This document shows, one piece after another, positions 44,915-56,700 of a DNA stretch of 64,000 bases. A model generated the notes under the pieces. The model ran no database searches. It was given only the letters and a program-made list of their open reading frames with translations, and was not told where the DNA came from. Every line of letters begins with the position of its first letter. The stretch's first letter is position 1. This stretch comes from Porphyridium purpureum (taxonomy: Eukaryota): assembly GCA_008690995.1 (NCBI GenBank), contig VRMN01000003.1, positions 248,001-312,000 on the forward strand, read 5' to 3'. The translations under genes and the position numbers were made by a program.

Positions 44915-45295
44915 CTTTCTTTCCCTTCCTTTTCAGTCTCCCTCTCGCGCGCGCCATCGCCGGCGTTGTCAAAATATCAACGGTTTCTTTCTGTATCTAA
45001 ACGGTTCCACCAGCTCGCCAGGCAAGAGAAACCGATAACCGATAAGGAATGCAGGCAGCATACACAACCGGTGACACGAGGTGGCTGAAGGGAGACACAG
45101 CATCCCACATGTAGAGATGTTGCGTTTCGATGAAGCATGTAAAAAGGGACGCGCCCGTGTCTCTTTTTACAATCCGCATGATGTGAGACAAGGACTGTAT
45201 TAGAAGTGCCCGCCGAGTCGGCTGCGAATGGGAATGCCATCACGCGAGACGCCTCGTCTCGGTGACGGGGGCAACGGACCGGAGGGCACTTCAGA

Positions 45296-46135
45296 ATGGC
45301 AAGCGCTTCACGGCATTACCAGCAGACTCTTATTGGGCCGCCAAGTGAGAAGCATAGTGACCTGTCTCGTTCATCGTCGCTCAGGGATATCAGCAAGGAA
45401 TGGCGCGCGCCCTTACCCGGTCGTCCGGCTGGCAGTGACGACGCAGACGACGCAGACGACGCAGACGACGCAAACGACGCAGACGACGCAGACGAAGCAG
45501 ACGACGCAGACGACGCATTTACGCCGCGAAACCTTTTTGCCGAGTACCGTTCTAGCTCGGACGGACAGGCAAAACAAAGTGGGGATGAAGACACGATGAG
45601 TGCGGGGATGCGGTGGGATGATATCGCACACGTACCAACGGATCAGAAGGATGCAAGCACACCACGCCGTTTGCAAACAAACTTTAGCGCAAGCGGCCAT
45701 TTGGACCTGCTGAGCATCAACATCGCAGATGAGGAGGATCGTGAAAGCTCTGGGCTCATTGCGGTTCGCGCCATGTCGCCACCATCGACACTATGGATGG
45801 GGCCCGATAGTGGCGCCAACTCGTTCAATGTCGGTGACTCTACTCTAAATTCTCAGGTACCAGGGGACCACTTTGATACGGTAAAGTGGCCGCCATGGAC
45901 CGCTATTAACCCCTTATTTTCGCCCATTACACCATTTCAGTCGCGGAATCAACTTGTACGTGAGCTCGACCGGCTCGTGACGGGGCTTGAGGATGAAGTT
46001 CGGGAGATTTCAGACATGCTCGACGCTTGTGAGCCCGAGGCACCAGCTCATCTTTACTCCGAATTGGCGGAGATGCTGAATGCCGCGCTGATTAATTTGG
46101 TGCTGATGGATGGGCGCGGGGACCGAGTGGATTGA
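45296..46135 (+). CDS. Hypothetical acidic protein with DDA repeat
   Basis: 279-aa ATG ORF; nine 9-bp GACGACGCA-type units at 45437-45517; helical C-terminus (LVRELDRLV..LE.EV). Confidence 0.6.
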   Translation: MASASRHYQQTLIGPPSEKHSDLSRSSSLRDISKEWRAPLPGRPAGSDDADDADDADDANDADDADEADDADDAFTPRNLFAEYRSSSDGQAKQSGDEDTMSAGMRWDDIAHVPTDQKDASTPRRLQTNFSASGHLDLLSINIADEEDRESSGLIAVRAMSPPSTLWMGPDSGANSFNVGDSTLNSQVPGDHFDTVKWPPWTAINPLFSPITPFQSRNQLVRELDRLVTGLEDEVREISDMLDACEPEAPAHLYSELAEMLNAALINLVLMDGRGDRVD

Positions 46136-46367
46136 GGTACCAACTTGGCTGGCCAATGATGTGAACCTTTGAGCCTGGGGCTGCCTCCATGCTTAACAGT
46201 TTCGGATATGAACCTTAGAAGTTGTACAGACGCTCATGGTTTTCGTTTCGTGAGTTACTATCTGTCTTGACACTCTTGCAACATTATGCCGTCAGGCGAG
46301 TAAACTGGAAAAATGCACAGGGAACCTCCCAGTGGTCAGCTCGCGAGACAAGCTAGTTTCAGCAGAA

Positions 46368-47087
46368 TTAAAATGCGACGCCAAGCTCAGAGAGCTTCAC
46401 ATGTGCTTCCGAGTAGTCTTTGAAGAAGAGATCCTCGTCCTTCGCATAGGCCTCGCACAGCGACTTGGTACCTTCCTCGTCAAGGAGCGCCATGTCGGAC
46501 ACAAGGCGCGTGAGCTGCTCGTTCGCCTCCGGCTTGAGGATCTCCACAAAGTACGTATTCGAGAACTTGAGTGGTGTCTCAGTCCAAGGCTTGGTGTCAA
46601 AGCCGCTACGGTCCTTGTGCGGCATGCCAAGGCAGTGGGCACCGCTGAGCACAACAATCTCCTTATCACCGAGGCCCATGCGGTAGAACACGTCCCGGAG
46701 GTGGGGCAGGCGCTTGGTCGCGTCCGGTAGACGGCCATCTTCCGTGCACACGGCACTTCCATCGGCGTCCTTTCGGCCGAAGCGGAACGGAATGTCTGGG
46801 CCGCCCGCGAACTTGATCGCATGGATCGAGGCCAGCTGATAAAAATCCGCGAACGAGCACTCTGGGAACTTTTCCTTGATTGGCTCCAGCAAGTCGATGC
46901 CCTTCTTCAGCCCGGCGTTTGCGCCGTGCATGATCTCCGGGTCGAATCGGATCGACGCGTTCGGACCGCCCGTGTTGGTCTTCACATCGTACGTTCCGGC
47001 GTCGTGCCACGCGAGGCGCACGATCAACGGCATGCACGGCGTCTCCTTGAACAGCGCGTCCAGCGCCTCACGAATTCCAGTCTCCAT
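46368..47087 (-). CDS. APX: Ascorbate peroxidase (class I heme peroxidase, cytosolic type)
   Basis: PLIVRLAWHDAGTYD, GG.N.SIR, GRLPDA, VVLSGAH.LG and KLSELG. Confidence 0.93.
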   Translation of the reverse strand: METGIREALDALFKETPCMPLIVRLAWHDAGTYDVKTNTGGPNASIRFDPEIMHGANAGLKKGIDLLEPIKEKFPECSFADFYQLASIHAIKFAGGPDIPFRFGRKDADGSAVCTEDGRLPDATKRLPHLRDVFYRMGLGDKEIVVLSGAHCLGMPHKDRSGFDTKPWTETPLKFSNTYFVEILKPEANEQLTRLVSDMALLDEEGTKSLCEAYAKDEDLFFKDYSEAHVKLSELGVAF

Positions 47088-47828
47088 CTTCCGCACCGAC
47101 GAAATACTGTGCTGCGCTTCTGAACTCCCACGCGCACTTCCACCCTCGTCTACTTCCTTCTCCTCCTTGGCTTGCCACCCGCACCTGTGATCCCCCCAAC
47201 TCACCCATCTACGTCCACATCTACATGAATGCGCGGATCCAACAGGCGCCACCCCACATCGTTCGCCATATCAAAAGTCGCCCGTTTGACTTTGTCCAGC
47301 CTCCACCGTTCGAGAATCATCGGAGCTGTACCTCTCGCCAGGCACAAGTGTACGCCGCACAATCTCCACATCAGTCGGTATGCCCGGCTGCCGCTACTGC
47401 GGCCGCTCTGCCGCCGGGCCAGTCGCCGCTTCGACGCCGCTACATGCGCCCGTGGGTCGGCACAGAGATCATCGATCTGCACATGCAAACTCACAGCCTC
47501 GCTTCGCCGCACAACCTGCGCACTCACGGAAGTACGACAAGCTGGTCTGGAAACGGCTGGCCTTTGCCACGCTGGGCCGCATGGTATTGACCTTGTCTAC
47601 GCTTTCGGCCGCATTGACCGCGCCGCGCCCTCTTGCTTCCGCCTGCAGTGACTACCCCATGGCATGCTGGCACACTGAATACACCGGACCTCTCCAGGGC
47701 ACGCGCCGCGATTCCCACTCCGCTCGCCACGTGACAAGACGAAGGAGCACGGAGAGGGTACAGTGAAATTTGACTGTACTTGATGCGGAGAATTTTGAAA
47801 ATTTAAAAAATGCAAGAGAAGACGCGCC

Positions 47829-48935
47829 ATGATGTTCCGGGTGTGTGCGCGCACTGAGAGCTTGGCACAGATTCTGGCGCCGAGTCAATCGGTAGGCAGC
47901 CTCGCATGGTGCCAAGAAGGAACAAAGAACAGTGCCGCGGGCGACGATACTATGATGGCTGCAGCAAGCGTGAACGGCGAGATATTGTCGCAGCTCTTGC
48001 AGCGGAGCATGCAGGACTACCACATTAAAGCGGAAGAGATCCAGCTTCTGTGCGAGCTGAAAGCGGCGTCCTCCTCGGAAGACACAAAGCCCGACGTGAG
48101 GAATCATGATCAAGCCGGCAAAGATGCTCTCAGCCTAGTGCTGCAGGAACTAGCGACTGATGTAGGTCGCCTCGAGTATGCGCTGAACGAGGTCGAAAAG
48201 TTTGCCAAAGAGGAGCGCGCGGCACTTCATGAGCACAGGGCACTGGTCGCAGTCATCTTAGAGCAGGAAAAAAGTGTCGAGTACGCCGAGAAGCATCTTC
48301 CTGAGCAGTACAAAGCCAAACTGAGAACCAAACATCGGATATCGTCGGAACCTGCCAAGAAAGTGCTCGAATCGCAGCCGGACCCTGTCGCACAAGGCGA
48401 TGCTCGCGCACACATTACTGACGCTAGCAGCAACAGCAGCAGCAAGCCGCCTTCGGCTTCTGCGCCAGCTGCCCCTCCTGGGTATCGATCACGACAGGAG
48501 CGCGTGAAGGAAGCTATGCTTGGAGGGAGCGCGGCAGGCCCAAATGGCTCGGTACCGTCGATTGCTTGGATCAAGGAACATGAATTTGAAGGCGTGCCTT
48601 CGTACCGTCGGGGACGAATGACCCTGGACAGGGTCAATGTGGCGGTGGACGAGATTAATGCTATGCTTCAGGAGAAGTACGAGCTCCTTCAGAAGCCGGC
48701 ACGCGAGCTGAGCTCGGAGCAGCTCGACAACATGCAAAAGTACGAGGCTTGGAGCAAAGAAAAAGAGGTGCAGGGGAAGTTCTTTTTCGCAGACGCCGAA
48801 GTCAAGCAGCGACACGGCCGGTTCAAGCTCGACTCCAACGGCAAAGTCGTTCTTGAGATTCTGCGCGCGGTGGGCCGTCTAACGGTAACTCGAGGTGACA
48901 AGGGAGTGCGCCTCTTTATTTTATCTTCAACGTAA
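47829..48935 (+). CDS. SKA1: Spindle and kinetochore-associated protein 1
   Basis: N-terminal coiled coil; EF..VPSY.RGR.TL..VN...IN.....KY; FF...E; LEILR..GRL. The start may be at 47952. Confidence 0.8.
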   Translation: MMFRVCARTESLAQILAPSQSVGSLAWCQEGTKNSAAGDDTMMAAASVNGEILSQLLQRSMQDYHIKAEEIQLLCELKAASSSEDTKPDVRNHDQAGKDALSLVLQELATDVGRLEYALNEVEKFAKEERAALHEHRALVAVILEQEKSVEYAEKHLPEQYKAKLRTKHRISSEPAKKVLESQPDPVAQGDARAHITDASSNSSSKPPSASAPAAPPGYRSRQERVKEAMLGGSAAGPNGSVPSIAWIKEHEFEGVPSYRRGRMTLDRVNVAVDEINAMLQEKYELLQKPARELSSEQLDNMQKYEAWSKEKEVQGKFFFADAEVKQRHGRFKLDSNGKVVLEILRAVGRLTVTRGDKGVRLFILSST

Positions 48936-49006
48936 ATGGCATTCCATGCGCTTTCTATTACTTGTGTACATTGGCTCCACTGCTATCAGACGCTTTTCTT
49001 CTTCAC

Positions 49007-50425
49007 TTATTCGATTGCGAGCTCTCGCTCGTCGCCATTCATACCATCTTGGCGGGCCGAGTGACCCTTTATCTCGAGGTTCGCTCGGTTCATGTGCATT
49101 CGAAGCAGGGCAGTCTCTAGATCGATGAAGCAGTCTTGCACGTGCATGAGGGCCTGGTTTAGCATCGCGGCTCTTGAATTGATAGACTTCCTGTGTAGGA
49201 TCGCGCAATTAACATCGATACGACCGGCCATTTGGTTCTCGTCGATAAGGTTCTCCAGCTCCGCGCTGAGCCCGGTTACGTGGGTATGGAAAGCCGACGC
49301 CATCACATTCAAATCCACCACAGTGTAGGGAGTGACATACTGCAAGAGTGCCTTGGCGCGAATCATCGCACACAGCTTCTGAACGTGCTTGTCCAGGAAC
49401 ATATCCATTTTGAGATCGGGCAGCATGCCCTCGAGATTTGCGAGGGCAGATGAGTAACGTGAGTTGTGAAAGTCATTGATGATCTCGCGCATCTCAGGAT
49501 AAATCTCCAAAAAGCCTCGGAACGGGGCAGTTGGCTGAATGACCTTCGAATCCAACTCTTCGCGTGAAAACGTGGCCAACGCAGTGAGCCCGCCGTACAA
49601 AGCCACGTCGTCTAGCGCCACCAGCTCCGACAGACTCTCACTAAGACCTTCGGTATGTTCTTCGTTTGGCCCCAGCGAACAGGACGCAAACTGGAATGCT
49701 GCACGGTCGTAGTTTCCCTTCGCGAGGCTCGCGAGGCCGGCACAGCAACTGAGCTTGACGACAAGAATGGGGTCATTCAGCACGTCGGGCGCCTGTTCGG
49801 CCCGTTGCACATAGTTCTCTACGACTGAGAACTCGCGCATTTCCATGGCGACGCGAATGACATTCAGACACATCTGCACAATGTGCTTGGAGGTGACACA
49901 GTAATCCCGCGTCTTGATGTAGTTACGAAGCGCCAGTTCAAGCAGGCCACGCCGCACAAAAAAGTCACCCAAGTCATTGTGGCCCATGCGGATGGACTCC
50001 TTGATTTGATTGGTTTTGTAGCCATTCAGCTCGGCCTCAAGCTTCTCGAGCTGGGCGCGAGAGCGTGTGTCTGTCTCTTTTACCCACTGCTCATCAAACT
50101 CTTGGGGCACGATCGCCTCGGACGACAACGGATGTGCGTCCCTGCTTGTCTGACGCGCCGCCATGTTGGCCGTACCGCCTTGAACATCCATCATGTGCTG
50201 TGACGCGTACGCGGCGCACGCGGCGTTGAGCCTGGAGACGACTTCGGTGTACAACGCGGTATCTGCGGTATTTGCGCGCAGGTCTGCGGCCGCGATGCTC
50301 AGCGCATGGCGCTCCGTGCTGGGATCTTTTTTCGACGCCACAAAGAGCGCACGGATCGTGCACGCCCGGCCGGCGTAACGCGTGCAATACGCCTCCAGGT
50401 CAACTGACGGTCGCGCTTCTGCCAT
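49007..50425 (-). CDS. CSN1: COP9 signalosome subunit 1
   Basis: LEKLE.EL.GYK.N.IKESIRMG.NDLGD, RDYC, YGGL.ALATF.R; C-terminal PCI domain. Confidence 0.94.
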   Translation of the reverse strand: MAEARPSVDLEAYCTRYAGRACTIRALFVASKKDPSTERHALSIAAADLRANTADTALYTEVVSRLNAACAAYASQHMMDVQGGTANMAARQTSRDAHPLSSEAIVPQEFDEQWVKETDTRSRAQLEKLEAELNGYKTNQIKESIRMGHNDLGDFFVRRGLLELALRNYIKTRDYCVTSKHIVQMCLNVIRVAMEMREFSVVENYVQRAEQAPDVLNDPILVVKLSCCAGLASLAKGNYDRAAFQFASCSLGPNEEHTEGLSESLSELVALDDVALYGGLTALATFSREELDSKVIQPTAPFRGFLEIYPEMREIINDFHNSRYSSALANLEGMLPDLKMDMFLDKHVQKLCAMIRAKALLQYVTPYTVVDLNVMASAFHTHVTGLSAELENLIDENQMAGRIDVNCAILHRKSINSRAAMLNQALMHVQDCFIDLETALLRMHMNRANLEIKGHSARQDGMNGDERELAIE

Positions 50426-50719
50426 CTTCTACAAGCTACGTCCAAGCGATAGAAGCCATGTAGCCAAGCCATCGTTAGCGACTGTCCTCCAGCTGAGCCA
50501 ACACGCGATTCAACTTTAACTGTACTCTATCAGTGCATTCGCTGTACCCATAGCGTCTAACTCGGGCGAGATTATTAATCGACAAATTATTAATAAACCG
50601 ATTTTCTTTTTTATTAATTTTTCTGAGGTTCAGTGCGTGACTGTACCGCGAGGACATTTGTGAGAGCGCGGCACGCGTGGATGTGTGCTTGCATCAGGGA
50701 CTTGGTGAGAGTCGGCGCG

Positions 50720-53700
50720 ATGCCGTGTGTAAACGAGTGCGAAGCAGACGGACTGGCGGCTGCCGCCGCGCTCGCGCGGGCGCTAGCCGTTCCGCGGCCG
50801 AGCCCCGTGAGCGTTTTCCGCGTGCTGGAGCAGGTGGAGGCGTTTCTGGGCCGCGCATCACAGTGCCGGAAACAGTGCATTCGACGGCCCGAGGCGGAGC
50901 TGCTGGAGCAGCGCATGCGTGAGGAGAATGAAGAAAAGGAGGCTCAGGTGGCTGCGCATGCCGCGGAGCTTGCAGAAGCGGAAAGTAAGCTGGCGCGCGG
51001 CGGCGAAAGTACGCATGCGGCGACGGAGCATCAAGAGCACCGCAGACGGTTGGACGAGGCCGAGCGCGCCGAGGCGATGCTGAAACAGCAGCAGCAACAA
51101 GAAGAACTTGCCGTAGACCAGACAGGACGAAATGCAGCATATAAGGGCCCCTTGCGTGCTCTCGCGTCGTCCGTAGTCTGGTGCATTCTCAGGCTCGGAT
51201 TGGTCGAGGGCCCGCTCCGCATCCGAGCGTGGAAGGTCATCATGCGCATTGGCGAGCTGAGCTGCACTGACGACTTTGAGCGCATGTGTGGCGATATGAT
51301 GGTTTATATCAAGCGCCCGCTCGATAGACTGCGCACAACACGCGTGGCTCGAATCAAGGCAAGCATGCGCCTGGCGAGTGTCCCACGTTCGCTTTCCGCA
51401 GGAAGCGGCAGCGGTAGTGGTGAACATGCTGGATCAGGATCGGGTACGTCCCCGCGGTTGAGTGGGCACAACGCGGCCAAGGCGTCAGCCAGGGCAAACG
51501 CGATCTTGCTCAAGTACGTGACGGCGGCAGTGATGGCGAGCATGGTCATGGCACGGAGCAACAGTACAGCGAATGTTGGCATAGACCAGTGCCGAAGCGA
51601 GTCAAATATTCTTTCATCGATTCTCTCCTCGTTTGCAAAAATGAAGCCAGAATTTTTGCCCGCGCACGACGCGGCGGTGCTCATCAGCATGATCCTTCAT
51701 GCGTACGCGCGGTGTCTTGTGTGTGATCCATCCAAAAGCGCAATCCAGGTCAGTGATACAGCACTTGCGAGTGTATGGGACTTTGCGCGTCAGAACGTGG
51801 CCAAACATAAGAGCTTTTCATTACTTTGTCTCTCCATCGCGACTCTCAACTTCTCTCGCTGCGAAATGCATCGCACGCTAAATGTGGCACATCACAACAA
51901 AGAGGCGGAGAGCGGCAGACACCCTGGAGAAACACATAGAAATCGCGAGGCAGCGACGGCGGCGAGCCTGGTGGCGGAAAAGGTCGACGCCAGTTCGTTG
52001 TTCTGGGGGCCATACGGTCGGCAGGACCCTAGCTACACAGACGAGCTTGCTACGCTGGCTGTAAAAAGTCTCGCTCAATGCAAATCTGATACCGAGGGGC
52101 GCGTGTGGTCTGCTGTACTTTGGAAATCGGTGCTTGCACAAAGCACCAACGCCCTGCGCATCAAGATTCGTATGGTGGTCGAAGATGAGCTGCTCGCCAT
52201 TCCAAACAGAACCGAAAAACACGCGGTGGTTGCCACTTTGTACATGGCACCTATTCTGAAGTCCTTGGTGTTCAGTATTGACGCCACTGCTCGGCACCGG
52301 TTTAGTGCTGTCGTGAGCACTGTGCGACTTTTGATCTCCCATGCATCAATGGACCAATTGCGCAGCCTGCTCGATTCCGTTAAGAACGCGTTGCACAAAT
52401 GCCAGCTTTCTCATCATTGCGTCGCAGACATTCTGGTTTCCAGCGCGTGCGTCCGGGCCCACGGCTTGTCGAAGTTGCGAGCGCTACAGCGTATCGTGAT
52501 GCATAACCTGGCCGATTGGATACGATTGGGTGGCATCGAGGCCACCAAGGGAGTCGCAGGTAATGAGCACACCGATAGGAATAGGCATGACTTCTGCATC
52601 GCTTTGAGTTTGTCTGATAGACTCACAATTCTTACGGGTTGTGTGTCCGTCGAAAACAAAGATGATTTGATGCGCAGTGAGTTCATTGAAAAATGCTTGA
52701 CAAGTCTGGTTTTGCGAAGAAACAGCCGGGATGAGCTTTTCGCCAGCTCACAATGCCGTGCGCGCTGTATTTCCTTCCTCGTGGTTCTGTGCAAGGCGGC
52801 ACCAGTCCTGCTCGAGCGAACTGTATGCTCTCTGTGCGACATAATGATAGCGAAAGTCACCACGGCAGCTTCGTGTCTCGCGGCTTTGCACGCGAAGGAC
52901 AGAAAAGCTATTGCTCAAGTGCAGGAGTTCTGGGCACGGCTTGGAGAATTGGAAAGTGCGGCAACTTGTTTCGTCAAATTGCTGTGCGCACGGGCATTGC
53001 AAGAGCCTTTATTTGAACCTGTCTTTATGAGACTCGACAATGTGCTTGAAACCCTCATGCAGTTTGTTATGCTGAGGCTGTCATTGTCTTCCGACGAGTT
53101 TGGGAAGCCATCGAAGCCCAGTATATGCACAGGAGGATCTCGCATGCGCACTGTTTTGTACGTTCTGATGAGCGCACTGCTAGAGCTTCGTTTTGTTTCG
53201 GAGAAGCCGGATGAATTGGGTTCGTATTCTTCAGTTTCGATTGGTCAAGACGTCTTTCCGTGCCTTCGTGAATCGCTAGGCTTGGTGCCCTCCCTGCCCG
53301 TGCGAGGCGGTTCTGCTTCATTATGTGGATGCATGCTGGCGACAGCGTCACTGGATGAACTTGAAGTTTTGCAGCGGGAACGAATCGCGGCGCTGCATGT
53401 CCTTGTGGGCTGCCCGCGCTTGTTTACCTTGAAATCGCAGGATGGCGCGTCCAGTGCGATTCCTCAGTTACGCGAATTAATTTGCGTAGGCGCAACGAGG
53501 TTGCTGAATATTTGCTCTCGCACGCTTGGTGCCTGCTTTTCGTGCCCTGCGCACGGTTTAGATCTTTCAGCGTCGGACCCGAATGTTAGTAACGGTGGTA
53601 CGGTTAGCAACAGCGCCGGTGTTGGCGGAGGCTCAGAAAGGAAATGCGTTCTCCTTGAAAAGTCAGCGGATGTGGCGCTGTCTCGCGCGCAGATGCGCTT

Positions 53701-56700
53701 GATTGATTACGAAGGGGCTGCATTGCTCGTACTCATGCCGCGCCTTTCCCTCACTCCCGCCGAGCCCGGAGCGAAATCTTGCTTTTTCCTATCCATGATG
53801 TTGGGACAATACGCAGCACGGTGCATGCCGTCCTATGACTCGCTTTCACCGTCGTCTCTACACTGTGACGTTACCCCCGACGCGAACGCAGCTGTTTTTG
53901 ATCCAGAGAGCCCGAACAGCAAGTATGCGCTTTTATTTTCGGGCTTGACCATCTGGGATGAAATTGCTCAGTTAGTAGGAATGGACTCGGATCTTCGTCA
54001 GGATTACTGTGCGTACCAGTCGGACTGGAATGACCAGAGTCGCAGGCGCGGGGACGAACCCGCGGCACTCGGTGCTAATTTGCCAAATGAATTGAGTGCA
54101 TTGCACGGCACAGTGCGCAAGGTCATTAACGTTCTGGACTGTTGCGTAGTGGATAGCATCCCGCCTTGCGCTGATGGTCGATGCGGTGGTGGTGACCCAG
54201 TCCATCCTTTTGCACTGCTTGAGTATGCGTCAAAGGCGGCGGTGTCAATTTTCAGCAGCGGCGAACTTCGCGTATGCGGAGCGACGCTGGAGCACATTTG
54301 CACGTGGCTGGTCCCCGCTCAGCTCGACTCGGTGAAGAACGCGCGCGGTACCCTGAAGGCCAAAGGGCTTTCGCCCGTCTTTGGCGCGGCCATTGCACTC
54401 GCCGTGGCACAGACACTGTCTCTGAAGGAGCTTACCCACGCCGGGCAAGTGCTGTCCGCGCTTCAGCTCCTTGCTCGTTCGGCCATGTCGTGGTTTGCTG
54501 CTCAAATTGTCGTCCTTTCGTCCCTCACGAACGGGCACGTTTCAGAAGAAGGATTTGTTTTCGTTCCGAGTCTACAAATTTGGCAATTACTGGCCCGGCC
54601 AGCAGCTACAAGTTTGACAGCTTCCATGGGCATAGGCGCCCGGCAATTTCCAATCCATCTTATGCACAACTCCGAATGGGTAGCATCTGTGGGTCCTGAA
54701 TGTGCGATTCATGCCATGGGTTCCGTTTTGGCCAAAGAATGCCTGCGCCTGCTAGCGACAAAAGTTGGGCACGAGCTCTCTCTGCGCTTAGGGCAGAACT
54801 TGGCGGCCAGTGATGCATTGCTGAGTACTGGTGGCCAACTTGCATCAGAGGGTGCAGGAGCGGCTGGCGCGCTGGAATGGCTACCAGCCGCGGCGGCCTC
54901 CATCTCCGTGTTGAATGGCTTCGTACTGCGTGAGTTTGTCGCGGCGAATTTGGTTGAAAAGCGCCTAGAGCAGCGCGCACTTCTTGAGTGGAGCCGCCAG
55001 CTGCAGGCAAAGTCGTCGTCGGCAGCGGCGTCCTCCTTTTCGTATTCGTCGAAAACATCATCGAAAGCTGCGGGGCTTTCTGTCGCCGGCCTACCCGGTG
55101 GTATTTCCAGCGCACTGGCTGCCTGTCGGCTGCCTTTCAACTCGCACGTGGTTGCTCAAATGGCTGAACCGCTCCTGCTGGGCCTGCACGAGTTGTTGTG
55201 CGACGATCGCGCCAAGCAGGTCGCCGTTCCGCTTGTCGACATCGATGCTGGTGTGGATCACCATCCTCAGGCCTTTACACCTTGGGGTGGTGACGGTGCC
55301 AGTGTCGAAATCTGTCGCGGAGCACTTGCCGTCACGCTGAGCCTGTCAATGTGCGTCAATCATCGCGGTTTGTCTGGGGAGGAACATGCAAGTGGTCCGG
55401 ATGAGAGATCCGGGGCTGGCACCAGAGGGGTGACAGTCAAACCGAGCCAAAGCGCACTGGAAGCCGCCCGGGAGATAGCGTTAGTCGTTCTTTTTCACAA
55501 TACGGAGCCCTTCGGCGCACTCGCGCGCGCTTTGGCGTTTCGACTCCTGGCCGAAGTGTGGTCATTGTACAATACCCTTTATTTCACGCCAGCCGGTGGA
55601 GAGCAAAAATTGTGTGGACCCGCAGATTCACTGCCGCATGCACGGGGCGATGGCGAGCGTGCGTATACTGATTTCGATCGCTCCGACACGGGTCTGCATG
55701 CAAAGGATTCAGCAGGATTGTTGCCGGGTGCCTTAAACCTTTCTCAGCTGTGCGGCTCGGATCGAGTTGGCTCGAGGGTGCTTCAGCGTATTAGCATGGA
55801 CTTACGCATGAATGAGGATGCTTTTTGGTGCGCAAACACATACGCAAGCATGTGCCGCATGTCTGCGAGCGCGGCTCTGCAGGAACTGGTGTTATGCTGC
55901 GGCTTCCTTCGAGTCGCAGAGGCCCATGAATCTTGTATAGTAGACCTTCTGGCTCACGCATGTGACGACTCGTCTTTTTTCTGCACAGCTCTGTCCCGAT
56001 CATCAGAGATTCAGGAACAGCACATGCAATCGCCAACTGCGATCTCTGGAGCGGGGGCGTTCCGAAACATCATCGTTTCCATTGCAAGAAGGATCGATGC
56101 GGCCAGCTTTGGTGCATGGATCGAGTGCATTAGTACTGCTCTCCGTCTTGATGTGGATTCTGAGTATGGCTGGAGGGATGGAACACCGTACACAAGGACA
56201 CCAGGTCTAGTAGAGCATGATCTAGACGTGTCGCATGCGTTGGAAGCGTTTCTACTTTACCTAGCCCGTAACACTCTTGAGCGTTTGATGGATGTGGCGA
56301 TTGATGACGAATCAAGTGAACAAATGGGTAAGGACTCGGTCTTAAATCGCCTTGCAGAGGATGGGCTCGTATTTTATGTGGCCTATTTTGAATCGAGGAC
56401 GCGCCTCGGCTTTTTTGATTCCGGTGTTTATGATTCGGTGCCCAGTGCAGCGGTCGAAAATGCGCTCACTCAGCTTCTCGATGGACTTGCCGTGCTGGTC
56501 CTGTGTCCAGCATTCCAGTCCTTTGCATTGGAAAACGGAGAAGGGATTGAAAAGGTTGTGTCGCCTTGTCGGCTGCTGATCACGCTCGCCGTGAAGTTGA
56601 TCCATTGCGCGCTTGGTAATGTCGCACATGGTCGGGTGACCTTGCAAGTGGCAAGCCATGCTCTTTACTTGATGCGCGCACTTCTAACGCGTCCAGATCC

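Noticed and set aside
47090..47800. N-terminal extension of APX and several short ORFs between APX and SKA1
   Set aside because: The extension does not begin at ATG and the short ORFs show no recognisable protein features; treated as a divergent intergenic region.
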